64,000 nucleotides of DNA from Chrysomallon squamiferum. Its lineage: Eukaryota; Animalia; Mollusca. Positions 51,801-64,000 of the stretch are shown here, piece after piece; position 1 is the stretch's first letter, and each line of letters opens with the position of its first letter. Below the pieces are notes generated by a model. The model searched no databases, was not told the origin of the DNA, and worked only from the letters and a program-made list of their open reading frames with translations. The stretch lies in the NCBI GenBank assembly GCA_012295275.1, contig CM022670.1, forward strand, positions 682,001-746,000. The letters are read 5' to 3'. The position numbers were made by a program, and so were the translations under genes.

Positions 51801-54800
51801 AGCATATATAATTATATAATTATTACAAAATCTGATCTAGATTGCATTTTGTTGTATTTTTGTGAAGTTTAAGATTAACTGATAATAAATTATTTTTGAA
51901 TAATATTTATTTATTAATAGTTTTCTTCAGTAAGCATAATTTTATACAGTGTAAATCAATATATAATAAAAGATGTCATAATTAAGAACCATTACATTGT
52001 AAAGATTTATTGTAATTAATATTATAATAATAACACACTAATTTACAAGCCTACCTTCAAACCATTGATTCCAGTTTAACACAGATTTCATTTTAAGAAG
52101 ATTAAAGTATAAAATGTGTTTAAAATTGTGTAAAAATTATCAAGTTCCTTTTAATCTTTCATTAACTAATACACAAAAAAGACATCTTAGCCAATCACAT
52201 GCTAGATTGTTTTTAAACAGTTATGTGACAAGCAATTTCATTGGTTGTTCCGACACACTTAGTCATTTATCATTTAACTCAATAACCAATCAAATGTTCT
52301 GTAGAGGTATTGAGTAATTAATTACCTGAAGAACACCTGTAATGCAGGTTGTATATTGAATATTAAAGGTAAAAGAAAATTGCAAATGCAACATAAAAGA
52401 GCTTTTCAAGGGGAACTGAAGATGAAAGAGAAAACACGTTTACACAGGACAATGCTTGTGTATTTCTTCAAAGACAATAATTTACAAGTAAAGATATTGC
52501 AGGGCAAGACATTTGTTTGAAAAATAGATAGAAAAACTAAAATTATTTTACATTATGTAATATTGGTATTTTATTATTTCATTAACTTTGTAATAAACTC
52601 TTGTGTTTAAAACTTTTTTTTTTACTAACTTTGAAAATTTATGACCTTTGAATTCACACCTCAAAGTTAAATTTGGACTACTTAACAACTTATGCAAATT
52701 GTGGATTAACTGAAAATACTAAATCCTCATTTTACTGTATGCGATGGTGTTAAAAACTCTTTTCTTATGAATCTTTAATTTTAATTTGGAGATTATCATC
52801 TCAGTAAACTTCAAAAGCTTCTCTCACTTATTTTTATTACACAGAACACTGATTTACCAGTAGTCTACATTTTACTGGGCCATAAATTCCAACACACAGA
52901 GGAGCATGTAATTACAGTCCTTTATAGTGCTGCATGTAACACACACATTCCTTTGATGTGGATGATATTGTAGATGTTTCGGGTAGCAGGCTTGGACACT
53001 GCAACACCAATAACATCTTCTGACCAGTGTCCAGCCATTACCAACTTGTTGATTGGGAAAAATATTTGTGTTTGGCTGTCTGCCGCCAATTAAAACAGTG
53101 ATTGTTAAAAGAACAATGAGTTGTGAGTGCCGTAATAAACAATAACAGGATAAGGTTTAAAGGGATTAACTGGTATTAAGGGTTAAAAAGGATTAACTGT
53201 AGAGTTGGTGTTTTTTTTATCCTGTTTTTATTTTTTTACAGTCTTTTTCTCACTCTTTTGTGTCAATGATTTATGTTGCTTTGTGATAGAGAAGAGGTTA
53301 TCATGACATTGTTCAGTATTTTTGTTGTTGGTGTTTTTTATTTTTGAATTGATCAAAGCAGATTTATTGCAACAAAAGCTATTTAAAAGTTATTATTGTA
53401 ACATTTTTACTGATGTTTTTAAAAAGTTTCTGAGAAATAAAAAAATTTAAATTATGAATTCTCTATACTGGCTAATTCATTTCCATTTAATTATAAATTT
53501 ATTTTGTCTTAAAATAACTAATTTCAGATATTTCTTTAACAAATAAAAAACAAGATATTTCTGTACAAAAACATTGTGTTATGAAGATTACTGAAACTAT
53601 TACTTTCAATCTGTTCAGGTACATTTCACTGAACTCACTTTAAAAGCCCAAAACAGCCAATTTTCATGTTACTGTTGTTTTCTGTCTGGACTCAGTTTGA
53701 AGTTTTTCTAAACTTTAACCCTTCATGAAGACACAGTTTAAGCAGTGTCATACATGTGGTTTGAGTTTATGGGCATGTGGCCATGGCTACTTTTGGCAAT
53801 GTCTAATTAAGGGAAAATAATTCAATTTGTAGGCTATACTGAGCTAATAGATAATTATTTCTGCTTAATTAATCGTTCCAGTTTTCTGGTTTCGTTCACC
53901 ATCACAGCTCAATACATGCTTGACTGAATGTTCACATTTTATATCTGCACCTGTTGTTATTTTTATTTTTATTTAAAAAAAAATTGACAGATTCAAGGTG
54001 ATAAAAGCAACCACTTGTAGAATCTCTTTATTTAATTACTTTTGAGACTTTATCAAAGAAAATAACGAAATATAAAACTTTTCTATTATTATTCATTAAT
54101 TTTTAAAATGATAAAATGATACACATTTCTCCTTCAATTATTTATTTAATTTATTTTAAATGTTTTCCTTTGATAAATGAAGCCTATCATATATCGGCAA
54201 ATAATTAAATTAAAATAAATATGAAAGTAATTTCTCCAGAGATGTATTAAACTTGGCCAAAATCTTCAAAGATTTAAAATATCTTCAAAACGGTATAGAA
54301 TTTCTCATTAAGTTTAAAAAAATCATAAATACAACTTTTACAGTCCAATATTATTATTATGATTATTACAAACCTTTGAACAGAAGTCCTGTGTAGGAAT
54401 ATGACAAGCACTCTTTGTATGGGTTTTCCTAATCAACAGAAATAGCTGCAGTTTTGGTAAAAACTTTTGTCAAAGTCACCATCACCTAACACTTTAGCAG
54501 AGACTTCTCTAGATTAGTAACTGAGCACAGTGACATGTTTCAGTGTCTGAACTAGCAGACGAAAAGAAACAGATGGTTCAGCCATTTTGTTGTCTAATGA
54601 CAGAGAGATGCAGTACTTAACACTCACGTCACATCAAAGTGTCTTTGTCACACTTCACTGGCTCTGGGTTGAATCATCTCTTAGCCAAATCTGGCCACTT
54701 CTGTACCAGTTTGTGATATAATCCAGCATTTTTCTTTAATTTGAAATATAGTCTGACTTTCTAATTCTGTTGCATTTAGCAATTTGTTTTTTGTTCTTTT

Positions 54801-57800
54801 CTCTTTTTAATTTTTTTCATTTTTATTATTATTTCTTTATTTCTTTATTTATTTTACATAATTACCCATTTAATACACATTTCATTTATTTATATTTCTA
54901 AAAATATGTAATTTTGGGGATGTTAAACACCTGTTATAAAATATTTATATATGTTTTTTTAAGGTCTACATTAATTATGTTAATATAAAGTATGGAAGCA
55001 CAGTTCAAAGAACCAGCTATAATTATTACATAATAACTATTTACTGTGTTTCCAACAACAGATTTCCCTGCTAATGAAGAACAACAATAAATGATCCATT
55101 CCTCCTATGACATATGATATATGTTCATTTCCGAAACATCTGTCATCCATTTTAACCCATTGTACACCACTACAGTTGTAAACAAATGTTCAATTACCCA
55201 TTACTTTAAATGATCTGAGTAATGGGTATGAAATGCATTTAAAGAGGATGTAGAGGGATGTAACTCTTGGTTTTAGTACCAAAGGACAGCTCTTTAGCTT
55301 GTAAATTCACAAATGTCACACGTAAGGATGAGTTTTATGATGTAGCAGATTTGTATTCTGCACTAGAAAACACTGTACTCTGTAACCTCCTAAATTATTG
55401 CTTAGTTTACTTATTTCCATATATATTACAAATTAAATCAGCTTTCAACGAAATATAAATAAAATTTCCAGACCAGCATCCTGTTAAGTTTTTGCATTAA
55501 TAAACTATGGCTAGTGGGGGTATGATAAGCAGTAAGAATTTGAAACAAAATGAGGAATTTGAAAATCTTTGGTAATAAATCTTTTGGTTGAGAAATGAAC
55601 AGTTAAAATCTAAATAGAAAGGATAATTTACCACTACTTTGAATTTATTATTAAAGCAGGAGTAAATCTGCCTTGACTTTTAATTCCAGAGGTTGGCTTG
55701 TCTAATGTACTTGTTCACTCCAGTGCATGTAGAGTGAAAGGTGGATTGATGCTGTGGCTAACTGGGGAGGGATTTACATCATGCCTCAGTGAAGCGACAC
55801 ATTGTAGCAATGTGGTCTTTACTTTCTATGAAAGCAGACATTAGAAGTTCCCACTGGAAACAGCTCTAGGCATGTCATTAGGGCAGCCAAACAGGTCCTT
55901 TATGACCCTTGCTTTTTGTCCAGTCTTGACCCTTTGTCATGTTTTAAAAAATAAAATGAACTAAAGTCAAAAAATATTTATCTTAAAGTCATCAGTAATT
56001 ATGGAAGAATTTCTGGTTTCTTTCACTTGATCAGTTTCAGGTTATGTTATCTTGTTTTCCTGTTTTTATTTTAATGTTGTGTTATAATGATTGGAATAAT
56101 ATGTCAGTGATTTAACATGACCCCGGATTTTCTTAATCCAGATTAACTTCAAAGGTAGACTGTTCTTTACAAAAGCAAATATGTTGATAAATATTTTAAA
56201 ATTTTCTCAATACAGAAGAATGTAGTTTACAATAAAATGATGTTAATAATGATGATGATAATGGTGATGATAATGATGATGATGATGATGATAGTGATTG
56301 AAATACAGCATAACCATAGCCTAATTAAGCATCTGTCATTTGATGATAAATTTAAAAGAAAAGAAAAGATATATTTTAGAAATCTAAATATAGAAGTTAG
56401 TTATGTGATCAAAGGGCAGATGACTTTTAGCTAGCTCTCTTGCATGTGGAGATAAAATGTCATCAAACATGTCTGTGTTGTTTCTCTAATCATCTTCATC
56501 TAGATAGGTGCCCATGACTTACAGGTCCCTTGGGTGGTTGATTCATGGGGTAAAGAGCTGTGGTTTTAGGGGAGGGTGATTTCAATCCCAGGGCAGTATC
56601 TGGACCATCATTGTGACTGTTGTTGATGATGGTCATTTTAATTTTTGGAAAATTTGAAATAAAATAAATGACACTGAATTTGAAGGTGTTGAAGCACCAG
56701 ACACAAGATGAAGGGCAGGGTGTTTCCTGAGGGTGGTTTAATTCCCAGGGCTCTGACTGCATCATGTCATACTACCTTAAGATGAAGATAATTTGGAGTT
56801 TTGACAAACTTCAGATGAAACCAATGACAAGGACAATGATGTGATTAAAAAGCAATGAAGCTGTTGTGGTGGTACAGGTCTGGAAAACAGGTTTTAAAAT
56901 GTGGTGGTGATGGTGTTCTGGTTTTTGTTGTTTTTATCTGGGAAGAAGATGAAAAGATTTTGTTCACAGGATAATGATAATGGCATTTTATATAACTGAG
57001 AGAAAGAGACAGAAAGGGTGAGAGAGAGTGAATGAAAGAGTTTGATAGACAGAAAAGAGACAGACCAACGGAAAAAGATAAGGAACAAATTGAGAGATGG
57101 AAGAAGGGAGAAAGAACTGATATATAAATTGAATAATAAATAGAGAAGGTGAAAGATTACATTTGTTTGTTAGTGATGAAGTGAGTTAACCATGTTATCA
57201 CAACATGGCCTAATTAAGACAGAGACTTTCTCATTTGTCATAATCTCAAAGTGTGATGACATGTGTAATGACTGTATTGAGAACTTTATGACAGCTAGCA
57301 TGTGTGATAGACACTGTCTCTGTCTCTCTGTCCTGTCAGACAGAAACCAGACAGAGTCTGTTCCCGAAATCTCTCATTATAAAGATCCTTGGTGTTTCCG
57401 AGGATGTTTGTAGCACCTAGTGTGTCAGGCATTAGTTGAGTAATCTTATCAGACAGTTTTGTTACATGATAATGAGAACAGAAAGTCATTTTTAACTTGT
57501 GGGCTTGAGTGTGTCACAAACAGAGGTATATTTAATTGTGTGTATGTTTAAGTTCAAACAGGTGTCTTTTAAACCAAATTTTCTTTGGCTTATTTAAAAT
57601 AGAATGTAAAAGTTTTTTTTTTTTTTTCACAAAATAAGTATTGTCTGGTTAAATCAACTAGTCAAATCATTTAAAATTTATTTCATTTTTTATCATAGTA
57701 TAACACTAAAGTGTGCTGATTTTAGAAACAGATAATGTTTTTCTTTTCCATTTCCTAAGATGTAACAAAGAATATCACTGAAACCTATTTGTCAGTATTA

Positions 57801-59092
57801 TCAACTATCTGGAATGGGAAATATCTATGTGGGTTTATTGATGAAGACTGATCTTGTGACCAATGGTCAATATTGGATTTATTAAATATTAGCTAACAAA
57901 AATAACTCTCTAATGAGAAAATGGCATTAGCATTGATATCCTTAATACCATTAACATTCTTATCTTATCTCTCTTAACCCATGGCATAAGGAATGTGATT
58001 CAGGGTCAGATAAGTCTCTAGGGGGGGTCTGCCCCATCTCATCACTGTTACACAGGTTGGTCTGGAAGGATCCACTGTCAAGATAGGTGGTGCTAAGTGG
58101 AAACCAGCACACACCCAAGACTTGTTCTGTAACTGGGATGTCAAAATGGTGGTTAGCAGCACCAGGGGTCATGTCAGAGGAATTGTGTTAATTTTCATGT
58201 TGCAGTGCAAAGGTCCATAAAATTGTCAGAAGCCCAAAGTGAAAGCTGCCATTATAGTTTCACACTATTAAGACATCAGAGCTTGGTTAAAATGTGGAAC
58301 TGATGAGCTCTGCCATAAATGCATTTTTTTAAAGAAAACTATTGAGTCTTGTTCCTATAAACCCCACTTCTCTTTAGATTATAGTTAGCTTAATTGTTAG
58401 CACATGTTTGAGTAAGGCAAATGTTGCATGATCATTTTAAAATGAATTTATTTATGGCCGATTTAATATTTGTTTGTAATTTGTCTAGACTTTTACTTTA
58501 TTATTTAATATAATATTTTTATAATACTGTTAAACTGAAGCAGTGAAAATTTTTATTTTAAGAATTTTTTTATGTTAATTACAAATAATTACAAGTTGTG
58601 AAAACTTTTTATACAGTAATAGTCATACACTAAAAGTATTGAAAGAAATGTATCTTTTGTTTCATGCATTAAGAAATGTTGACCACAAACTAAATAATAA
58701 AACTGTTCATTTGATACTAAAAACAACTTTCTTTTTAAACTGTATCAGATAATGTAATGGAACATTGTGCTTTTGACACTGAAAAACAAATTCTTTTTAA
58801 ATTCTACCAGGTCATGACATTTTCAAATAGAATAATTACAGGACTTTTTTCTTTCTGTGACTGCATCATTTGGAAGAATACAAGAACAGGAGTTGTGTAG
58901 TTTGACCAAAACACACACCTTCTAATGGCAATTGTGTCAAGTTTGTTTTTCTCTATTGTCATTCTCGAACACATGACACAAAACCATAGTTATCCCAGCA
59001 GGCTTCTACCCCACCCACAGGTGATGAAGATGAGCCTGGACCACAAGCCACACCCAAATTACACAGGCTGGACCATCTTCCTTGTTTGATAT

Positions 59093-59332
59093 GAGACAAA
59101 TTGGCAAAGTGGGGGAATGGGTTTTTACACCAGATTTGCTAATACTCTATAATTCGACAAGAGACAAATTGGCAAAGTGGAGGAAAGGGGTTTTATACCA
59201 AATTAACAAATACACTGTAATTTTACAGGACACAAATTGGCAAAGTGGGGTAATGGGATTTTACACTACATTAACAAATACACTGTAATTTCATGGCAGA
59301 CAGACTGGCAGAGTGGGAGAAGGGTTTTTTAA
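59093..59332. repeat. 68-bp tandem repeat, about 3.5 copies
   Basis: GAGACAAATTGGCAAAGTGG-like units start at 59093, 59161, 59229 and 59297. Confidence 0.9.
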
Positions 59333-61204
59333 ACAAGTCTGTATAAGCAGTGATGTTCAGTTTATGTAACTTTTCATTAATTACCTTTTTTCAGGATCTT
59401 AAATTTTATGAAACTTTTATTTCTATTTTCTTTCATATGGTGAGGTTGAAAACTACTGATACTTATATCATAATTTATCACTTTTAATCCTTATACATTT
59501 CATATGAAAAATCTGACAGTTTATATCTTCCTTACTACATTATTTTCCTTTCAGAGATATTAGTTATAAAAAAACCATAATGATAATAATAATAACAATA
59601 ACATCAAAATAAAAAGGTTAAAATAAATAATGATGAAATCAATAATAATAATAATAATAATAATACACACCAGCAATGAATAATTTCTCATCATCCACAA
59701 TATCTTTTCCCATCTTCACACCAACAATGAAAAACGTTCTAACAGTAAGCAACAGTACTTGTTTCATATTCACAAGACACCCCTGCACTCCACACACAGC
59801 TTGGATACACATAAACTGTGTATATTTTTTATTATTATTTTGTCTAAGATCGTTAAAAGCCAGGAGAATGAGCCACAGCACAGTCGATGAATAACAGTAT
59901 TATCAGCAGAGTAATAGAATTAACGCAGGTTAATTTACACTGTAGGAAGATAACAGTATATAAATGGCTTGGGCAGGGCCACCTTTGATGTTTTACAGAG
60001 TGCTAATCCCTCATTTAACACCCAAATCTCACCCTTTCTGTGAAGAGGGGATCAGGGCCTGAACCAAATTGCCCAGCATAAAAGAACCCTAAAATTCATT
60101 CCCAGTGCTGCAAGCCGGGTTAGTTAAGCTTGTGGAAAAAAAACATTCACAGAGTGCAGTCTGGCTTGGTCATTTAATGAAGCTTGACCATTGTCCAGAC
60201 ACTTTAATTTGGCCAGTTAGCCAACAAGCTCATTTGGCAAGGTCTTCTTTTTTCTGCTATGCTAGTTTGATCTTTTGTTCGCAGTCCAGAAACTTCAGAT
60301 GAGATAGCAAATTATGATTTTTTCCTTCTTCATCTCAACCCCACCCAGAATGATGCAATTAACTAAATTGGTGGGGATTTAGGGGGTAGGGATGTGGACT
60401 TTTTAAAACTTTTGTAATGAAAATCTTACTAATAACAGAGAAGAGATACAAGTTATATAAAATAAAATAAAATTCTGACTGGAACATAATTTTTTGATTC
60501 TTAAGAAAGCCAATTAAAATAATTATTTAAGAGAATATTTTTGCTTTGTATAAAATTAAAATATTTAAGAATTTCCATTGAATTATTATAAATTCTCTAC
60601 TATTACCATTATTATTATTATTATCATTATTATCATTATTATTATTATTATTTAGAAACAAACCTCCTAGCTTAGCTAAATATAAAATTTGGAGTTTAGA
60701 ATTTATTATTTATATTCTGAAAATCTGAGCAACCACTACAGCATTAAAACATAATTTATCTTTCAGCCATCTGAACTACTAATGTTTAAACATCACAATG
60801 CAGCCCACTAAAATAAGAAAATGTCTTTGTTTCTTTATCAGTTAAAATTCAAAATTAGGAAACACTGGGGCAAAAAACACTAAAACAACCACAAATCTCT
60901 ATTTTTCTATCAGTTAAAAACCAGAGGAGCAAGACATAATGTGAAAATATCATAGTCTTACTATAAACTTTTGAAATTCAGCTAATGTCAGTACAAACTA
61001 CTAAACTCATAAAAGTCTCTTCAAAGACTTCTTGTTGCGTAACACACTGTGGGTTGTTACAGCAAACTGGGGATGTCTTCGTCATTCTATCTCTTTGCCT
61101 ATTGGAGCAGGCTAATAATTTCATGGTTGTTTTGGTATAATAATTAGAACTGATAGGTCACTGATAACCATGTAATACCAGTGTGGATTACAGACAACAC
61201 AACT

Positions 61205-61620
61205 GTGCACTTTCATCTCACTGCTGGGAGTTTGTGTTTACAGGGATATTTATGTTTGTATATCTCTGTAGAGGAACTGTTTGATGTTTATAGTTGTGTG
61301 TATTATGTTGTATTTTTTTAGAAATACATCTCACTCTGATGAGCTTGTTTTTTCAGTGATTCTGCTTGCAGTGTTTGTAATATAGTGTCAGTAGATTCAT
61401 GTTTATGTAGCTTTATTAATTATAAATAAAAACAAATTGATGTTTATAGTTGTGTATATTATGCTAGATGAAAAATCTATTTTTATGAAATTTTTTATCT
61501 TGCTGTTTATGAGCTTGTTTTTGCAGTGATACTCTTTGCAATGTCTACAACATGATAAATTTGTTTTATAATTAGAAGATGGTTGGTGTTAAGATTGTGT
61601 GTATTGAATATAGACAGTGT
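61205..61620. repeat. Degenerate ~150-bp tandem repeat
   Basis: TTGATGTTTATAGTTGTGT..ATGAGCTTGTTTTT.CAGTGAT at about 61281 and 61437, plus partial copies. Confidence 0.65.
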
Positions 61621-63309
61621 TGTTTTTAAAATAATTTTCCTATGATTGCTGATTAGTTTGATGTTGAATTACAAGGTATGCAAGCCCTAGAACAAAGTAA
61701 ATTGTACAGCTTAATTTTTTTGAATACTATGAATACAAGCAAAGCACACAAGAAAAGAATTACAATTTAGGCCCTTTTGTAATATTAATATCCTGATTGT
61801 GCTATATATTTTTTCTTTTCTTATCAAAAATTACATTATATCTGATATTAAATATTACAATAGTATATTGTTTTTTTGGCCATATATATTTTTTAAGTAA
61901 TAAAAATTATTATAGTGTACATAATATTTACCAGTATTTTTTCTAATGATGAATTTAACTTTTATTTTGTATTATCTTGCTATTTGCTTAGTATATTAAA
62001 AAAATATATGGTATACTGTTATTAAAATTTTGTGTTCAGCATACATTAATAAAATATTATTTTAAATACATTAAAAAAGTCCCATAAAATACAGCAAGGA
62101 CACTGACCCACTGACCCAAGTCGCAGAACCAAAACCAGGTGTGACTATAGAAAAGTAATGCATTACAGTGTTAATCAGGTATGAAACCTGTCCTCATTCC
62201 TCAGTTGTTGAAGACCCCTAAACATCACCACTGCTGTAGCTGGCCAAGCGCAACATCCCACACACATTACTGTCGCATAAACAACGGGTAATGTTGCCTA
62301 TAACCGGCTGTAAAGTGTCAAGTGATTGGGAGACTGGATTTACAACCAGTTAGACATTGGTCATTTAATGTAGGTAAACTTGTAAACAACTGTAACAGGA
62401 TGGATGTTGTAGTTGACACGGGTAATAGATGGGACACAGCCACGGTTTAAATAGATTGGCTAAATGGATGATGATGATGGTGGTCGTAACAGATTGGTTA
62501 AGCCGTGACTGTGGTGGCTGAGGGCGGCAGTTTTGAATGTGATAACAGGAAGAAGCACATGGCCACATCAGAAAACACCTGGCTTGGTGGAGAAAGAAAA
62601 ATCAATATTTGTCCACGGTGTAGCCCATGGTAAAACTTGTATTAAACACACAGATCACTCCAGGTTCAAATAATGCAGAACAAAAAATAATAATAGTGTG
62701 AAGCCCTTTTGTTAAATTTGTTTTCATACTCTGAATATTTTTTGAGTGCAGATTAATTACAGAGAAAGGCCCTATGCATTGTTCATTGTTAAATACAAGT
62801 TTATTTTAGTACTGATTAAATCAGAAAAAAAAATAGTTTATGAAAGATAAATAAAATATTTGAAATTGAAAAAATAATTGATAAAAATATCAACTTCTAA
62901 TAATAATAAAAAGTCTCACATTTGATCCAGTACATTCACTATTATCTTCTTCATTTAAATCAGATAACATTGTTTGGAATTTGAGTTAACAATGTCACTC
63001 TTACATTTTTATTAACTTTCTTTCTAAAGAATCACTTATAATATATTCCCTGCTGGGAATTTTTATATCAAATTCATTGGTTATTAATGGACACTGCAGG
63101 TATTTGAGAGTACAATTATCAGTGGAGAAAGTGTTGTATTAGAATCCTTTCAGTATTTTAAATAAGCTTTATGCTAAAGTAATAAACATTCTTATTGTGA
63201 CCGTGATGTTCCTTTATGCTTGTGTTGCTACTTAGACTTGTAATTAGTGCCACATCATTGACATCTTCGTGTTCTGTATGAAAACTAACTTTATAATGAT
63301 TATAATATT

Positions 63310-63560
63310 ATTGATGTCTTGAATATTGGCCAAAATTTAATTATTGCCAACTCATCGTTATACTGAATATGTTACTGACATAAAAACTTGAATAACTGAT
63401 ATTACTGTCAAGACAAATATTGAACAAGTTTGAACAATTGTCATATTATTGTCACATTGAATGTTGACCAAGATTTAATTACACCCAAACAGTTGTTAAG
63501 CTGAATATTGACCAAACTTTAATTACCTTTTAAAAACTGTAATGGAATGCTGATTCCAAA
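63310..63560. repeat. Degenerate ~44-bp tandem repeat
   Basis: Recurrent TGAAT.TTG.CCAA..TTTAATTA. Confidence 0.55.
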
Positions 63561-64000
63561 CAAAAGATTGAGAGAGAGAGGTAAAAATCTCTTAAAAATT
63601 GTTTAAACATGATGACAGAAATAAAATTAAATTTTCTCAGGAAAATCTTGAGCGGTCTTTGTTTGTGTTTGGGATTTACTGGCTGATTCAGGAGTCAAAA
63701 GCCCAATACTGTAAATCTCCACCATTTTCTTTTCATACAGAACAAATAAAATAGCTTCAGACCCATACATCCCCATTCTTTCTGGCTACACTTTAACAGG
63801 GATGGGATTAACAGAAAAAGAAAGTGAAACCATTTTCAATGACTGTGTTGGTTTGCACTAAATTGCAATTGTAGGTGTCAAGTACTGATGAAGCAACCTT
63901 CAGAAGTCAGCCATCATTGAAACTGACACAAGTGATTATGTTTCCTCATGTATGTTATACCACTGACCACTGGCTACAGCTGTCCATTCTGCCACTGACA

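Noticed and set aside
23055-59332. CRISPR-like interpretation of the 53-bp and 68-bp repeats
   Set aside because: The units are contiguous and similar throughout, with no unique spacers; the DNA is eukaryotic and there are no cas genes.
93-62568. Most short ORFs in the supplied track (poly-I/L/Y/N, CVCV, RERE, THTH)
   Set aside because: They are translations of microsatellites or AT-rich intron sequence, with no homology-like motifs or splice support.
62546-62610. CAG|GAAGAAGCA.. as the MRPL28 last exon
   Set aside because: It translates EEAHGHIRKHLAWW, lacking the conserved EWxGL motif, and has no polypyrimidine tract.

Overview
AT-rich, microsatellite-laden animal genomic DNA with spliceosomal (GT-AG) introns. 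It is probably a mollusc/gastropod, inferred from the protein style and SINE-like remnants. I reconstructed three genes by hand. (1) A complete 14-exon clan-3 (CYP3A-like) cytochrome P450 on the minus strand (6504-18392, about 525 aa), with all canonical motifs and near-perfect conservation of the human CYP3A4 intron pattern. (2) Mitochondrial ribosomal protein L28 (MRPL28) on the plus strand. Five exons are present (29566-32298), but I found no last exon in the remaining ~31.7 kb, implying a very large terminal intron. (3) Nested antisense inside that intron, an unrecognised gene with one large Ser-rich coding exon (41649-43628). It has a well-spaced TATA+Inr promoter (48894/48864), a CAGGTG E-box cluster, a leader crowded with uORFs, a 341-codon overlapping alternative ORF, a C-terminal RRKLF-ELNNN motif cassette, and a 3'UTR with Pumilio, miR-92 and K-box sites. 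CpG is common to the left of the MRPL28 start and strongly depleted from there to the window end, consistent with gene-body methylation. The nested gene is the best candidate for something undescribed, but its function is inference only. Most other ORF-track entries are microsatellite artefacts.
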